Source of the DNA: Candidatus Omnitrophota bacterium
Lineage (GTDB): Bacteria; Omnitrophota; Gorgyraeia; JABMRN01; RBG-13-46-9
Direction of reading: 5' to 3'
Assembly: GCA_043817155.1 (NCBI GenBank)
Contig: JBDRHE010000085.1
Location: 1,464 to 65,463 of the forward strand
Length of the DNA stretch: 64,000 nt
The position numbers and the translations under genes were made by a program. Of the stretch, positions 22,270 through 31,827 are shown piece by piece. The notes below the pieces were generated by a model. That model had not been told where the DNA came from. It ran no database searches and was given only the letters and a program-made list of their open reading frames with translations. Position 1 is the stretch's first letter; each line of letters starts with the position of its first letter.

Positions 22270-23607
22270 ATGAAGCCTGACATATTTATAATTAGCCTGG
22301 GCTGTCCGCGTAATCTTGTGGATTCAGAGGTCTTAATAGGCATGTTGCGGCAGAAGGGTTTTAAGGTCTTTACTGAGTTTACAAAAAATCGCATTGCTAT
22401 AGTGAACACATGCGGGTTTATTGAGGATGCCAAGAGCGAGAGCATTGACATGATCCTCGAGCTGGCAGCCCTGAAGAGAGATGGCAGGCTCGAACATCTT
22501 ATAGTGACAGGCTGTTTTTCACAGCGTTATTCCGATCGCATATTGAAGGAGATAGGAGAGGTCGACGGTATATTCGGGTGTGGCAGTTTTACCGAGATCC
22601 CCGAGTTTATAAACCGTATAGCCGCCGGCGAGAAAGTGGTAAATGTAGATAAGAGGCCGAAGTTCCTATATAACCACACCATGCCAAGAGCGGTCTTAAC
22701 TCCAAGGCACAGCGTGTATGTTAAGATCCAGGAAGGGTGCATGAATCTCTGCAGCTACTGCGTTATTCCTAAAATAAGGGGTCCATACCGCTCAAGAAGC
22801 ATCGACTCTGTTCTAAAGGAGGTATTGCTACTTAAGGAAAGCGGGGCCAGGGAGATAAACCTTGTCGGGCAGGATACGACTCTCTACGGGACCGAGAGAT
22901 ATAAAGCGCCTGTTTTGGGTAAATTGTTAAGGAAGGTATCCCGTATTATGAAGGACGGCTGGGTAAGGCTACTCTATACCCATCCGGCGCACTATGATCA
23001 GGATATAATAGATGCCGTAAAAAATGAGACTTCGATATGCAAATACCTTGATCTGCCGATACAGCACATAAACGACAAGATACTCAAATCGATGAACAGA
23101 CACGTAACCAAGGGAGAGATCGTTGAACTTATAGAGAAGCTTAGACGGTCCATACCGGAAGTTGCGATCCGGACATCGATAATAGTAGGCTTTCCGGGTG
23201 AAGGCGATAAAGAGATGGATGAACTTGCACGCTTTTTAAAGGAGGTTGAATTTGACCGCCTGGGGGTCTTCACATACTCCCGGGAAGAGGGGACGAAATC
23301 CTTCGATCTTCCGGGTCAGGTTGCCGAAGACGAAAAAGAGAGACGGTTAAAGAGGATAATGGAGCTTCAGCAAGATATTTCAGAGAAGCTGAACAGGAGA
23401 TCACTGGGTAGTGTGGTCAAGGTACTCATCGATGATAAGGATAAGACCGAAGCCAACCTGTATTTGGGAAGGACCCAGCACGATGCGCCCTCTGTCGACG
23501 GCACCGTTTATGTACATTCAAAAAAGAGACTGAAGCAAGGGGACTTTGTAGACGCGAAAATAATAGATACACTGGAATACGATCTTGTTGGCAAAGTGAC
23601 ATTGTGA
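22270..23607 (+). CDS. rimO: Ribosomal protein S12 methylthiotransferase
   Basis: SLGCPRNLVDSE, NTCGFI, CMNLCSYC, TRAM domain. Confidence 0.96.
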   Translation: MKPDIFIISLGCPRNLVDSEVLIGMLRQKGFKVFTEFTKNRIAIVNTCGFIEDAKSESIDMILELAALKRDGRLEHLIVTGCFSQRYSDRILKEIGEVDGIFGCGSFTEIPEFINRIAAGEKVVNVDKRPKFLYNHTMPRAVLTPRHSVYVKIQEGCMNLCSYCVIPKIRGPYRSRSIDSVLKEVLLLKESGAREINLVGQDTTLYGTERYKAPVLGKLLRKVSRIMKDGWVRLLYTHPAHYDQDIIDAVKNETSICKYLDLPIQHINDKILKSMNRHVTKGEIVELIEKLRRSIPEVAIRTSIIVGFPGEGDKEMDELARFLKEVEFDRLGVFTYSREEGTKSFDLPGQVAEDEKERRLKRIMELQQDISEKLNRRSLGSVVKVLIDDKDKTEANLYLGRTQHDAPSVDGTVYVHSKKRLKQGDFVDAKIIDTLEYDLVGKVTL

Positions 23608-23669
23608 TCCCCGTCAGATCCAGGATGGATTGGCGGGAAGACATGACCTAGAAAGGATCTAAAGGGTGA
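23604..23669. mobile_element. CCCCGTTAGA-type MITE-like unit flanked by GTGA direct repeats
   Basis: Shares the core agatccaggatggattggcgggaa with 18485-18544; GTGA at 23604 and 23666. Confidence 0.8.
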
Positions 23670-24256
23670 ATATTGCAAACAAAGTAACGATTTCACGAAT
23701 AGTTCTTACATTCGTATTCATGTTCTTTCTGTTCTCTAAAGGTGTGGTGTTCAAAAGTCTTGCGCTGATTACTTTCATTGTAGCAAGTTGCACGGATTTC
23801 CTTGATGGATACCTTGCGAAAATCAGGAATGAGAAGTCGGATCTTGGTAAATTCATGGATCCGATCGCGGATAAGGTGCTCATACTGGCCGCCTTCCTGG
23901 CTTTCGTTGAAATGAAGCTGGTACCCGCGTGGATCGTTGTTATCATAGTGTTGCGTGAGTTCATGATTACGGGTCTTAGATTTATCGCGCTTACAAAAGG
24001 CAAGATCATAGAGGCCGATATGATAGGCAAGCATAAGACCGTCTCTCAGATGCTCTCAATCTATGTTATTCTGCTTTTCATTCTATTCAAGGACTCCGGT
24101 ACCGGGGTATTCGATTTTTGGAATGTTGGATGGGAGCGCGTGCACAAGGAGAGCATATTCTATTTAATGGTTATAACGGCGATTCTTACAGTTATAAGCG
24201 GGATATCTTATCTTGTGAAGAATGAGAAGTATTTTAGAAGTGAAAAAAATTGCTAA
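23666..24256 (+). CDS. pgsA: CDP-diacylglycerol--glycerol-3-phosphate phosphatidyltransferase
   Basis: NKVTISR, TDFLDGYLAK, GKFMDPIADK. Confidence 0.96.
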   Translation: MNIANKVTISRIVLTFVFMFFLFSKGVVFKSLALITFIVASCTDFLDGYLAKIRNEKSDLGKFMDPIADKVLILAAFLAFVEMKLVPAWIVVIIVLREFMITGLRFIALTKGKIIEADMIGKHKTVSQMLSIYVILLFILFKDSGTGVFDFWNVGWERVHKESIFYLMVITAILTVISGISYLVKNEKYFRSEKNC

Positions 24257-24686
24257 ATTTATAGCAACGCTATCGTTTGTCGGCTACAGCCCTATTGCGC
24301 CCGGAACGGCAGCAAGCCTCCTTGGATTGCTGGCATATCTTCTTTTAAAAAATAGCCCTATAATGCATCTGATCATGACTGCGATCTGGCTTGTGCTGGG
24401 ATTCTGGTCGGCGTCATCTGCGGAGGAAAACTTTTCGCGAAAGGATCCTCCGGAGGTCGTAATTGACGAATTCTCCTCTATGTTGCTCGCATATCTCTTT
24501 TTACCATTCAGCCCCAATCTTGCGATAGCGGGATTTCTCATATTCAGATTTTTGGATATAGTAAAGATACCGCCTATAAATAGACTGCACAACTTATCAG
24601 CCGGCCCGGGTATAATGCTCGATGATGTAGCTGCAGCCATCCTCACAAACACAATCCTTAGAATAATTGTATATATAGCAAAGTAA
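24222..24686 (+). CDS. pgpA: Phosphatidylglycerophosphatase A
   Basis: APGTAAS, DPPEVVIDE, FRFLDIVK, GIMLDDV. Confidence 0.95.
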   Translation: MRSILEVKKIAKFIATLSFVGYSPIAPGTAASLLGLLAYLLLKNSPIMHLIMTAIWLVLGFWSASSAEENFSRKDPPEVVIDEFSSMLLAYLFLPFSPNLAIAGFLIFRFLDIVKIPPINRLHNLSAGPGIMLDDVAAAILTNTILRIIVYIAK

Positions 24687-24710
24687 AGTTGATAATAAGG
24701 CAAATTATTA

Positions 24711-24851
24711 TTGACATCTCCACTCTTTTGAGTTATAATAAATAAAGGCGTGCGCTAAGGTAGGTACGCAACACGCCTTATCACGGTACGTCCCGGAAGG
24801 GACGCGTGTCTTTACCGTATAATTATAACCCCGGGTTTTGGTATTTGTCAA
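24711..24851. promoter_or_regulatory. Convergent sigma70 promoters flanking a two-hairpin segment
   Basis: + strand TTGACA(24711)-17-TATAAT; - strand TTGACA(24851)-18-TATAAT; hairpins 24745-24779 and 24783-24818. Confidence 0.6.
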
Positions 24852-24873
24852 TTAAAAAAAGAGGAGAATTATC

Positions 24874-26457
24874 ATGAAGCTGTTTCTTGTATTTGCAATA
24901 TTATTTGCCAATTTAACGTTCGCAAATATCTCATTTGCGGGTATCTGGAAGGATGAAATCGGGATAGTTGCTTACGGAAAATATTCGGCGTTAGCCATCA
25001 GTACAGGTCAGAATGGAGCCATTTATGCAGGCGCTGAAAGCGGGCTGTTTAAGAGACCGAATAAAAGCGCAGAGTGGACAAAGATCTTCGATTGTAGGGG
25101 AGAATGCAAAGGCATAAATGAGATATTGATAGACAAAGATAGGGATCGTATCTATATTGCTACAAAGAACGGTCTCTACCGGTCGGCTGATGGAGGAGCT
25201 ACATGGACACGCCGGTTTAAAGGGGTGGGGATAGAGAGCAATTGCACAAGCGTATTCATAGATCAGCATACTAAGCCAAAGATCTATCTCGGCACACAGA
25301 AAGGACTCTTTTCTGCAAGCGTTGGAGAAGAGAAATGGCAAAGGTCTGACGGCGCGCCAGAGGCTGCGCATGTGACGGCTATTTGCGGCCGTAGGTCAGG
25401 TGAAGACCTTTTCTTATATACGATTTGTGATAGTGAGTTATATATGATCGATACTAAAACAGGATTCAGCGAAAAGCTTTTTGGGTCGGGTTATAGCGAG
25501 GAGCGAGAAGAGGATAGTGATGCTCCCATGACAGATCAAGAGGAAGCAAGCCTCTTACTGAATGATATCCAATATCAAGATGATATATTGTATCTATCTA
25601 CAAATAGGGGCTTATATATATCCCGGGATATGGGGCGGTCATGGAAGCGCTTTAACGACACAGGGCTTACAAACCGTGCCATAAACCATATATTACCGGG
25701 TAAGCATGGCCTCGAAGATATCCTTGCCGCTACAGCGGGTGGTGTCTTTCAATATATAGGTAAGCAGGGAAGGTGGTCTGTATTGCAGACAGGTATGGAC
25801 TCCAGTAATGTGTCCGGGCTCATATTGGACCGGACAGGAGGCAAGATCTGGGCTTTTAGCGCAGACAGGATATATAGTGGTCTTCTTTCCGGCTTCAATA
25901 GTTCCATAAAAGAGAACGCGCTTTGCGAACATGTTATATCAGATATGATCGTGGAACCGACAGTGGATGAAGTTAGAACAATGGCCATCAATTACGCGGA
26001 AGTCCATCCCGACAAGATACGCGAATGGAGGAGAGGCGCAAGAATGAGAGCCATGTTTCCCAAGGTCAGTTTCGGTATCGATCGTTCCCTGAGCGATACG
26101 TACGAGATCTATACATCTTCAACGAGGTCATACTGGACATTGGGGCCTGAGGACAAGACGGAGGGTTGGGATCTCAACTTTTCATGGGACCTTGCAGATC
26201 TTGTGTGGAACGAATCTCAGACATCGATCGACGTGAGAAGTAAGCTCATGGTGCAACTTAGAGAAGATATAGTTGATCAGGTCATAAGGCTCTACTTCGA
26301 ACGCTTGAGACTTCAAAGTGAACTGAAGAAGGTCGATCTGGAAGGGAAGGAAGCGGATCCTGATAAGGTTCTCCGACTAAAGGAGCTTACGGCTGGTTTA
26401 GATGGTCTGACAGGAGGCGGTTTCTCCGAAACTATACGCAGGCGTCAACAACTTTAA
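24874..26457 (+). CDS. Secreted Asp-box beta-propeller protein with a C-terminal OEP/TolC-like repeat
   Basis: Signal peptide; SADGGATW and SRDMGRSW Asp boxes; C-terminal FPKVSF..FSWDL..VIRLYF pattern. Confidence 0.7.
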   Translation: MKLFLVFAILFANLTFANISFAGIWKDEIGIVAYGKYSALAISTGQNGAIYAGAESGLFKRPNKSAEWTKIFDCRGECKGINEILIDKDRDRIYIATKNGLYRSADGGATWTRRFKGVGIESNCTSVFIDQHTKPKIYLGTQKGLFSASVGEEKWQRSDGAPEAAHVTAICGRRSGEDLFLYTICDSELYMIDTKTGFSEKLFGSGYSEEREEDSDAPMTDQEEASLLLNDIQYQDDILYLSTNRGLYISRDMGRSWKRFNDTGLTNRAINHILPGKHGLEDILAATAGGVFQYIGKQGRWSVLQTGMDSSNVSGLILDRTGGKIWAFSADRIYSGLLSGFNSSIKENALCEHVISDMIVEPTVDEVRTMAINYAEVHPDKIREWRRGARMRAMFPKVSFGIDRSLSDTYEIYTSSTRSYWTLGPEDKTEGWDLNFSWDLADLVWNESQTSIDVRSKLMVQLREDIVDQVIRLYFERLRLQSELKKVDLEGKEADPDKVLRLKELTAGLDGLTGGGFSETIRRRQQL

Positions 26458-26536
26458 GAAATGAATATAAAAAAAACAATAAAGATTGATTAAGGCTTGA
26501 CAAATCCAGTCTTACTGATAAAATAATGCTACAATT

Positions 26537-27277
26537 ATGATACTTAAAGATAAAGTTTCAATAGTAACGGGTGGCGCGCGAGGTATAGGTAAAGCTATAG
26601 CCCTTAAGCTGGCTAGTGAAGGTTCGAATATCGCCATCTGCGATGTAAATACGGATGTTCTCGAGGAGGCCAAGAAGGAGATAGGGACAAGCGGAACAGA
26701 AGTCCTGACAGGCAAGGTAGACGTTACAAACCTCCAAGACGTGCAAATATTTGTCCAGAAAGTCCTTGACAAATTTAGCAAAATCGATATACTTATCAAC
26801 AACGCCGGGATAACGCGCGATGGATTAATAGTCCGGATGACCGACGCTGATTGGGATGCGGTACTGAACGTTAATCTAAAGGGTACGTTCAATTGCATCA
26901 AAGCAGCTGCGAAGGTCATGATGAAGCAGCGGTCCGGTAAGATCGTTAACATAGCTTCGGTAATAGGGATCATAGGTAATGCGGGTCAGGCAAATTACGC
27001 GGCCAGTAAAGGCGGTGTTATTGCCTTAACTAAAAGTGCGGCAAAAGAGCTGGCGTCAAGAAATGTGAATGTCAACGCAATTGCCCCTGGGTTTATTGAA
27101 ACCCATATGACAGCTCAATTGTCAGAAGATATAAGAACAGCGATACTGAAACAGATCCCATTGGGTAGATGGGGTAGCTCAGAGAACGTAGCGGATCTTG
27201 CACTATTTTTGGTAAGTGATGCTTCAGGTTATATCACCGGGCAGGTAGTTCAGGTTGATGGCGGAATGGTCACTTAA
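26537..27277 (+). CDS. fabG: 3-oxoacyl-ACP reductase
   Basis: TGGARGIG, NNAGITRD, YAASK; upstream of acpP. Confidence 0.96.
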   Translation: MILKDKVSIVTGGARGIGKAIALKLASEGSNIAICDVNTDVLEEAKKEIGTSGTEVLTGKVDVTNLQDVQIFVQKVLDKFSKIDILINNAGITRDGLIVRMTDADWDAVLNVNLKGTFNCIKAAAKVMMKQRSGKIVNIASVIGIIGNAGQANYAASKGGVIALTKSAAKELASRNVNVNAIAPGFIETHMTAQLSEDIRTAILKQIPLGRWGSSENVADLALFLVSDASGYITGQVVQVDGGMVT

Positions 27278-27291
27278 GAAGGAGGATGTAA

Positions 27292-27534
27292 ATGTCAGGC
27301 ATTGCAGAAAAAGTTAAGTCGGTTATTGCTGAGCAACTTGGAGTAAAACCGGACGAAGTTACGGATCAGGCAAAGTTTGTAGACGACTTAGGCGCGGACT
27401 CGCTTGACACTGTTGAACTGGTTATGGCGCTCGAAGAAGAGTATGGCATTGAGATTCCCGACGAGGATGCCGAGAAGTTGGCTACGGTTGGCGACGCGAT
27501 CAAATATATAGAAGAAAAGATCGCCACCAAGTAG
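27292..27534 (+). CDS. acpP: Acyl carrier protein
   Basis: [17 protein letters not shown]. Confidence 0.98.
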   Translation: MSGIAEKVKSVIAEQLGVKPDEVTDQAKFVDDLGADSLDTVELVMALEEEYGIEIPDEDAEKLATVGDAIKYIEEKIATK

Positions 27535-27540
27535 ACTGAA

Positions 27541-28797
27541 ATGAATAAAAAAAGGGTTGTTCTAACCGGGCTTGGAGCTATAACACCGGTAGGCAACACG
27601 CTTAAGGAATTGTGGACATCATTACTTGAGGGGCAAAGCGGCGTACGGATAATTCAATGCTTTGACCCCTCAAATTTTTCATCACAGATAGCCGCAGAAG
27701 CACTTGATTTCGATCCATCCAAATATCTACCTCCAAAAGATGTGCGAAAATCGGATAGATTTGTACAGCTTGCTATCGGTGCAAGCAAGGAGGCTGTTGA
27801 TAATAGTGGCTTGGATCTCGATGCAGAGGACAGGCATAGGGTTGGGGTGATCATAGGGTCCGGCATAGGAGGTCTCCATACGATCGAGAGCGAGCATATC
27901 AAGTACCTCGATCGTGGACACAAAAAGGGTCCGGGAAAGATATCACCATTCCTGATCCCCATGCTTATTGCGAATATGGCTGCGGGGCAGGTATCTATAT
28001 ATTTTAGGCTAAAAGGCCCCAACATGGCCGTCGTTACAGCATGCGCTACGGGTAACCATTGCATAGGTGACGCTTTTCGCGTAATTCAAAGGGATGAAGC
28101 AAGCGTCATGCTAGCCGGCGGTGCGGAGGCAGCGATCACGATTATGGGTTTCGGAGGATTCTGTTCCCTTAGAGCCCTCTCTACGCGAAACGATGAACCT
28201 GAAAAGGCGTGTCGTCCTTTCGATAGGGACAGGGACGGTTTTGTTATGGGCGAAGGGGCAGGGGTTGTAATTCTAGAAGAGTTGGAGCACGCTCTTAAGA
28301 GAAATGCAATGATCTACTGCGAAGTGGTGGGATACGGTTCGAACGCAGATGCTTATCACATGACTGCGCCCGATCCCGGAGGGGAGGGACCAAGAAGGTG
28401 TATGCAACTCTGTCTAGATGATGCAGGATTCAACCCGGGAGACATAGATTATATAAATGCGCATGGCACCTCTACCGTTTACAATGATCGAACGGAGACC
28501 AAGGCTATCAAGAATGTATTTGGCGATCATGCGCGGAAGCTCGCGATCAGCTCTACAAAATCGGTTACTGCGCACTTACTTGGGGCGGCCGGCGGCGTTG
28601 AGGCAATAGCTTGCGCGCTAGCCATAAAGAATAGTATAGCCCCTCCGACAATAAACCTGGAAAATCCTGATCCCGAGTGCGATCTGGATTACGTGCCGAA
28701 CCAGCCGCGTTCAATGAATATAGATGCAGCGCTTTCGAATTCGCTTGGGTTCGGCGGACACAATGCCACGCTTGCCTTCAAGAAGTATACCTCATAA
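27541..28797 (+). CDS. fabF: Beta-ketoacyl-ACP synthase II
   Basis: TACATG, NAHGTST, GFGGHN. Confidence 0.97.
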   Translation: MNKKRVVLTGLGAITPVGNTLKELWTSLLEGQSGVRIIQCFDPSNFSSQIAAEALDFDPSKYLPPKDVRKSDRFVQLAIGASKEAVDNSGLDLDAEDRHRVGVIIGSGIGGLHTIESEHIKYLDRGHKKGPGKISPFLIPMLIANMAAGQVSIYFRLKGPNMAVVTACATGNHCIGDAFRVIQRDEASVMLAGGAEAAITIMGFGGFCSLRALSTRNDEPEKACRPFDRDRDGFVMGEGAGVVILEELEHALKRNAMIYCEVVGYGSNADAYHMTAPDPGGEGPRRCMQLCLDDAGFNPGDIDYINAHGTSTVYNDRTETKAIKNVFGDHARKLAISSTKSVTAHLLGAAGGVEAIACALAIKNSIAPPTINLENPDPECDLDYVPNQPRSMNIDAALSNSLGFGGHNATLAFKKYTS

Positions 28798-29029
28798 TGG
28801 GACGTTTCACCTCGCTTTAACTGCTTATAATCAAAAGGGTATTTCTGGCGCTGAACTTACGCCTGTTACCAAGCTGTACGTAGGAGTGCCCCCATCCTTG
28901 TTGCAACGTGAAATATAACTCTATCTCGATAATCTAATATAGAGCCAGTCCCCATCGAAGATCCCAGTCGCTTGACCTCGAGAAGCCCCGAGAAGGTAAT
29001 AAAACCGCTTTTCCTTCGGATCGAAAAAG

Positions 29030-29534
29030 AGGATCCATGTTTTAACGGGTTCGGAAGTTGATATACTAGGCGACGGTAGGCTGGATTATGACTACAGCAC
29101 CCTAAAAGAGCTCGATTTTGTCGTAGCCGCGATACATTCAGGATTAAAGCAGCAAAAGGAGGTCCTGACCGGCCGGATAGTGAAGGCTATGGAGAATAGA
29201 TATGTTAACATGATAGCTCATCCAACGGGCCGTCTTATGTGGGGTCAGAGACGCTTATGCACTGGATCTTGAAAAGGTGTTCAAGGCGGCAAAGGAGACT
29301 AATACAGCGCTCGAAATAAACTCTTATACGGGAAGGCTCGATCTGGACGATACCGCGGTTCTCCTTGCTAAAGACGCGGGAGTCATGCTCGGAATAGCTA
29401 CCGACACTCACACCAAAGGCCAATTTTCGAATATGATTTTTGGTGTAAGTGTCGCTCGCCGTGGATGGCTTGAAAGGAAGAATGTTATTAACGCCCTTCC
29501 TTTCGAAAGCTTTATTAAGAGGATAATGAAATGA
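29030..29534 (+). pseudogene. polX: Truncated, frameshifted PolX C-terminal PHP domain
   Basis: GSEVDI..LDY..LDFVVAAIHS..AHPTGRL, extra T at 29240, then EINS..RLDL..TDTH..GVSVARRGW. Confidence 0.8.
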
Positions 29535-29816
29535 TCAATCAGTTGGATACCAGAATGTAGCGAGCTGCCACAATCCGCCAACAACCCTCGCTATGCCTCT
29601 GCCGACGTCGTCCTTCGTGGTATCCGTACAATCGTCAAACGCCTTCTTCCCTTTGGAATTGGTTTTGTTGATATTGTCCGGCGTCTCGAGGTTACCGTAG
29701 ACTATGTTGTCCAGGCCCGATGCCGCTCTTTTAAAAGGCTCGTTCTTGGAAATAGCAAAAGCACCGCAGGTCGATACGAAACTTAAAACAACAAGTAAAG
29801 CAACGATCTTCTTCAT
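29535..29816 (-). CDS. Exported small protein, TIGR04073-like
   Basis: Signal peptide; RGIARVVGGLWQLATFWYP resembles the 3230-3559 product; RBS aaggagg. Confidence 0.65.
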   Translation of the reverse strand: MKKIVALLVVLSFVSTCGAFAISKNEPFKRAASGLDNIVYGNLETPDNINKTNSKGKKAFDDCTDTTKDDVGRGIARVVGGLWQLATFWYPTD

Positions 29817-29934
29817 TAGTCACCTCCTTCACTAATATTATTTATTTAATATACCCTATAGAAACGTATTTGTCAAGATGGTGTCATAAAAATGTCCTTG
29901 AATAAAGCATGGGCAGAACATATAATAGTACCTA

Positions 29935-30669
29935 ATGCAGACATTAAAGAAACTCGAGAATAGTATTTCTAAATCAATCGGCAGGGCCATAAAAAAAAAC
30001 GCGCTTATCGAGGATAATGATAGAGTGCTTGTAGGCGTATCCGGCGGGAAAGACTCACTTACTCTCCTTAAGATACTATCCTCCAGGAGAAAGTGGATGC
30101 CGATAAAATATGATATTGTGGCATGTCATATAATTTCAAACCATGTATGCGCCGAGTGCCATGAAGTCGATGAGCTTAAGAAGCTCTTTAATGAACTTGA
30201 ATGCGAATATGTATTCGAAAAGAGCGATATAGCAGATCGAGAGGATTATTTTTCTTGTTTCTGGTGCGCCTGGAACAGGAGAAAGGCAATGTTCAAGATA
30301 GCCGAAAGGACGGGTTGTACCAAGATCGCTCTTGGTCACCACATGGATGATGCCGTGGAGACTACGCTGATGAATCTATTCTTTCGAGGAGAGATATCCA
30401 GCATTAATCCAAAGCAACCCCTATTTGACGGGAAGATGACCATCATAAGGCCGATGATATATCTTGAAGAGAAAAGAATCGCAGACTTTGCTAAAGTGGC
30501 GCGTCTGCCGGAGTCATTTTGTCGGTGTCCCAACGCTACAAGATCGAGAAGATTTTATATAAAGGACCTTCTTACTAAGCTTGAGAGCGAGTTTAAATAC
30601 GTAAAGAAGAATATTATGAATGCTCCTCACAGAATAAAAGAGGAGTACTTGGGGGTAAGATATGGGTAG
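29935..30669 (+). CDS. ttcA: tRNA 2-thiocytidine32 synthetase TtcA family
   Basis: SGGKDS PP-loop, CFWC, GHHMDD, CRCP. Confidence 0.88.
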   Translation: MQTLKKLENSISKSIGRAIKKNALIEDNDRVLVGVSGGKDSLTLLKILSSRRKWMPIKYDIVACHIISNHVCAECHEVDELKKLFNELECEYVFEKSDIADREDYFSCFWCAWNRRKAMFKIAERTGCTKIALGHHMDDAVETTLMNLFFRGEISSINPKQPLFDGKMTIIRPMIYLEEKRIADFAKVARLPESFCRCPNATRSRRFYIKDLLTKLESEFKYVKKNIMNAPHRIKEEYLGVRYG

Positions 30670-30967
30670 CAATTCGCCTGTAAGGGTATGGCAGGAGATG
30701 GATATCACTGCTATTAAGCCTCATCTCTTGATTGCCGGTACTCTAAGTTGCGACTGTGGTAATTGCAAAGAGGTGGGTCTCAACGTGGAGTCTCGAAGCT
30801 GCACAAGCTGCGGCACAACATTCAGGTATGTGGGCACGAGAACGCCGAATTCGGCAAAGGACGCCAGACGTATCAGATCAAGAAGGGCGGACCTTGTAAT
30901 CATCGACTTAAGTGATTTTAAAGTGGCGGATGCGCGCACAAAAGCGCATGGATTGCTGGGGGATTAG
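30662..30967 (+). CDS. Hypothetical Cys-rich (zinc-binding) protein
   Basis: CGNC and CTSC pairs; overlaps the ttcA stop. Confidence 0.7.
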   Translation: MGSNSPVRVWQEMDITAIKPHLLIAGTLSCDCGNCKEVGLNVESRSCTSCGTTFRYVGTRTPNSAKDARRIRSRRADLVIIDLSDFKVADARTKAHGLLGD

Positions 30968-30979
30968 CGGTTAAATTCT

Positions 30980-31807
30980 ATGGGAAACAATATCCAAACA
31001 TATAAGAGTCGAGGGTTTTTTATAACATGGCTACTCTTTGCCCATATAGCCTGCGCAGTGTCCTCTTTTGCAATAACGGCCGATGATATTATTCCAATCT
31101 CAGCTGACAGAGAGAAGAGGATGGGGGACTCCATCGCAAGGCAGGTAGAGAAGAAGTTTGAAGAGGTAGATGATCCGCTTGTGCAGAAACGCTTCGAAGA
31201 CATAGGTAAGAGACTTGCTCCGGTGTGTGAGAGACAAGAGTTTATATACCGCTTTAAAGTGCTAAAGGCCGATGAGAACGAGGAGAAAGAGAAGTTCTTC
31301 AACGCTTTCGCGCTTCCCGGCGGGTATGTATATATTTTCGATGCTATGATGGAAGTATTGAAAACGGATGAAAATATTGCCGGCGTCACAGCTCACGAGC
31401 TTGCGCACATATCTGCAAGACACTCTGTAGAAAGATTGCAGAGTTCACTGGGCGTAAACGCGCTCATGCTTTTAGCTATTGTGACATCGGGCAGCGGAAG
31501 AACCGTAGCGGAAGCGAATATGGCGCTTGCGTCACTGATGAGTGCCTATTCACGCGAAGCTGAAATTGAAGCAGACAAATTGTCCGTAAAATATCTTAAG
31601 AGCGCAGGGTTCGATCCGGATGGGGCGCTAGGTAGCCTTATGATGCTACAGAAATTAAGAAAGGACGGGCCAGAGCGGAAGTACATCTATTTCAAATCCC
31701 ATCCGTATTTATCGGAGCGCATCTCAGCTGTTAGGACGGAGATGCAAGGGTATGCTGACTTCGATAGCTATATAAACACTCCTAAGGACGAGAACGGCTT
31801 CTACTGA
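30980..31807 (+). CDS. M48 family metallopeptidase
   Basis: NAFALPGG, HELAH, SREAEIEAD, SHP..ERI. Confidence 0.93.
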   Translation: MGNNIQTYKSRGFFITWLLFAHIACAVSSFAITADDIIPISADREKRMGDSIARQVEKKFEEVDDPLVQKRFEDIGKRLAPVCERQEFIYRFKVLKADENEEKEKFFNAFALPGGYVYIFDAMMEVLKTDENIAGVTAHELAHISARHSVERLQSSLGVNALMLLAIVTSGSGRTVAEANMALASLMSAYSREAEIEADKLSVKYLKSAGFDPDGALGSLMMLQKLRKDGPERKYIYFKSHPYLSERISAVRTEMQGYADFDSYINTPKDENGFY

Positions 31808-31827
31808 TAATCTCGTGAGCCGCCTCA

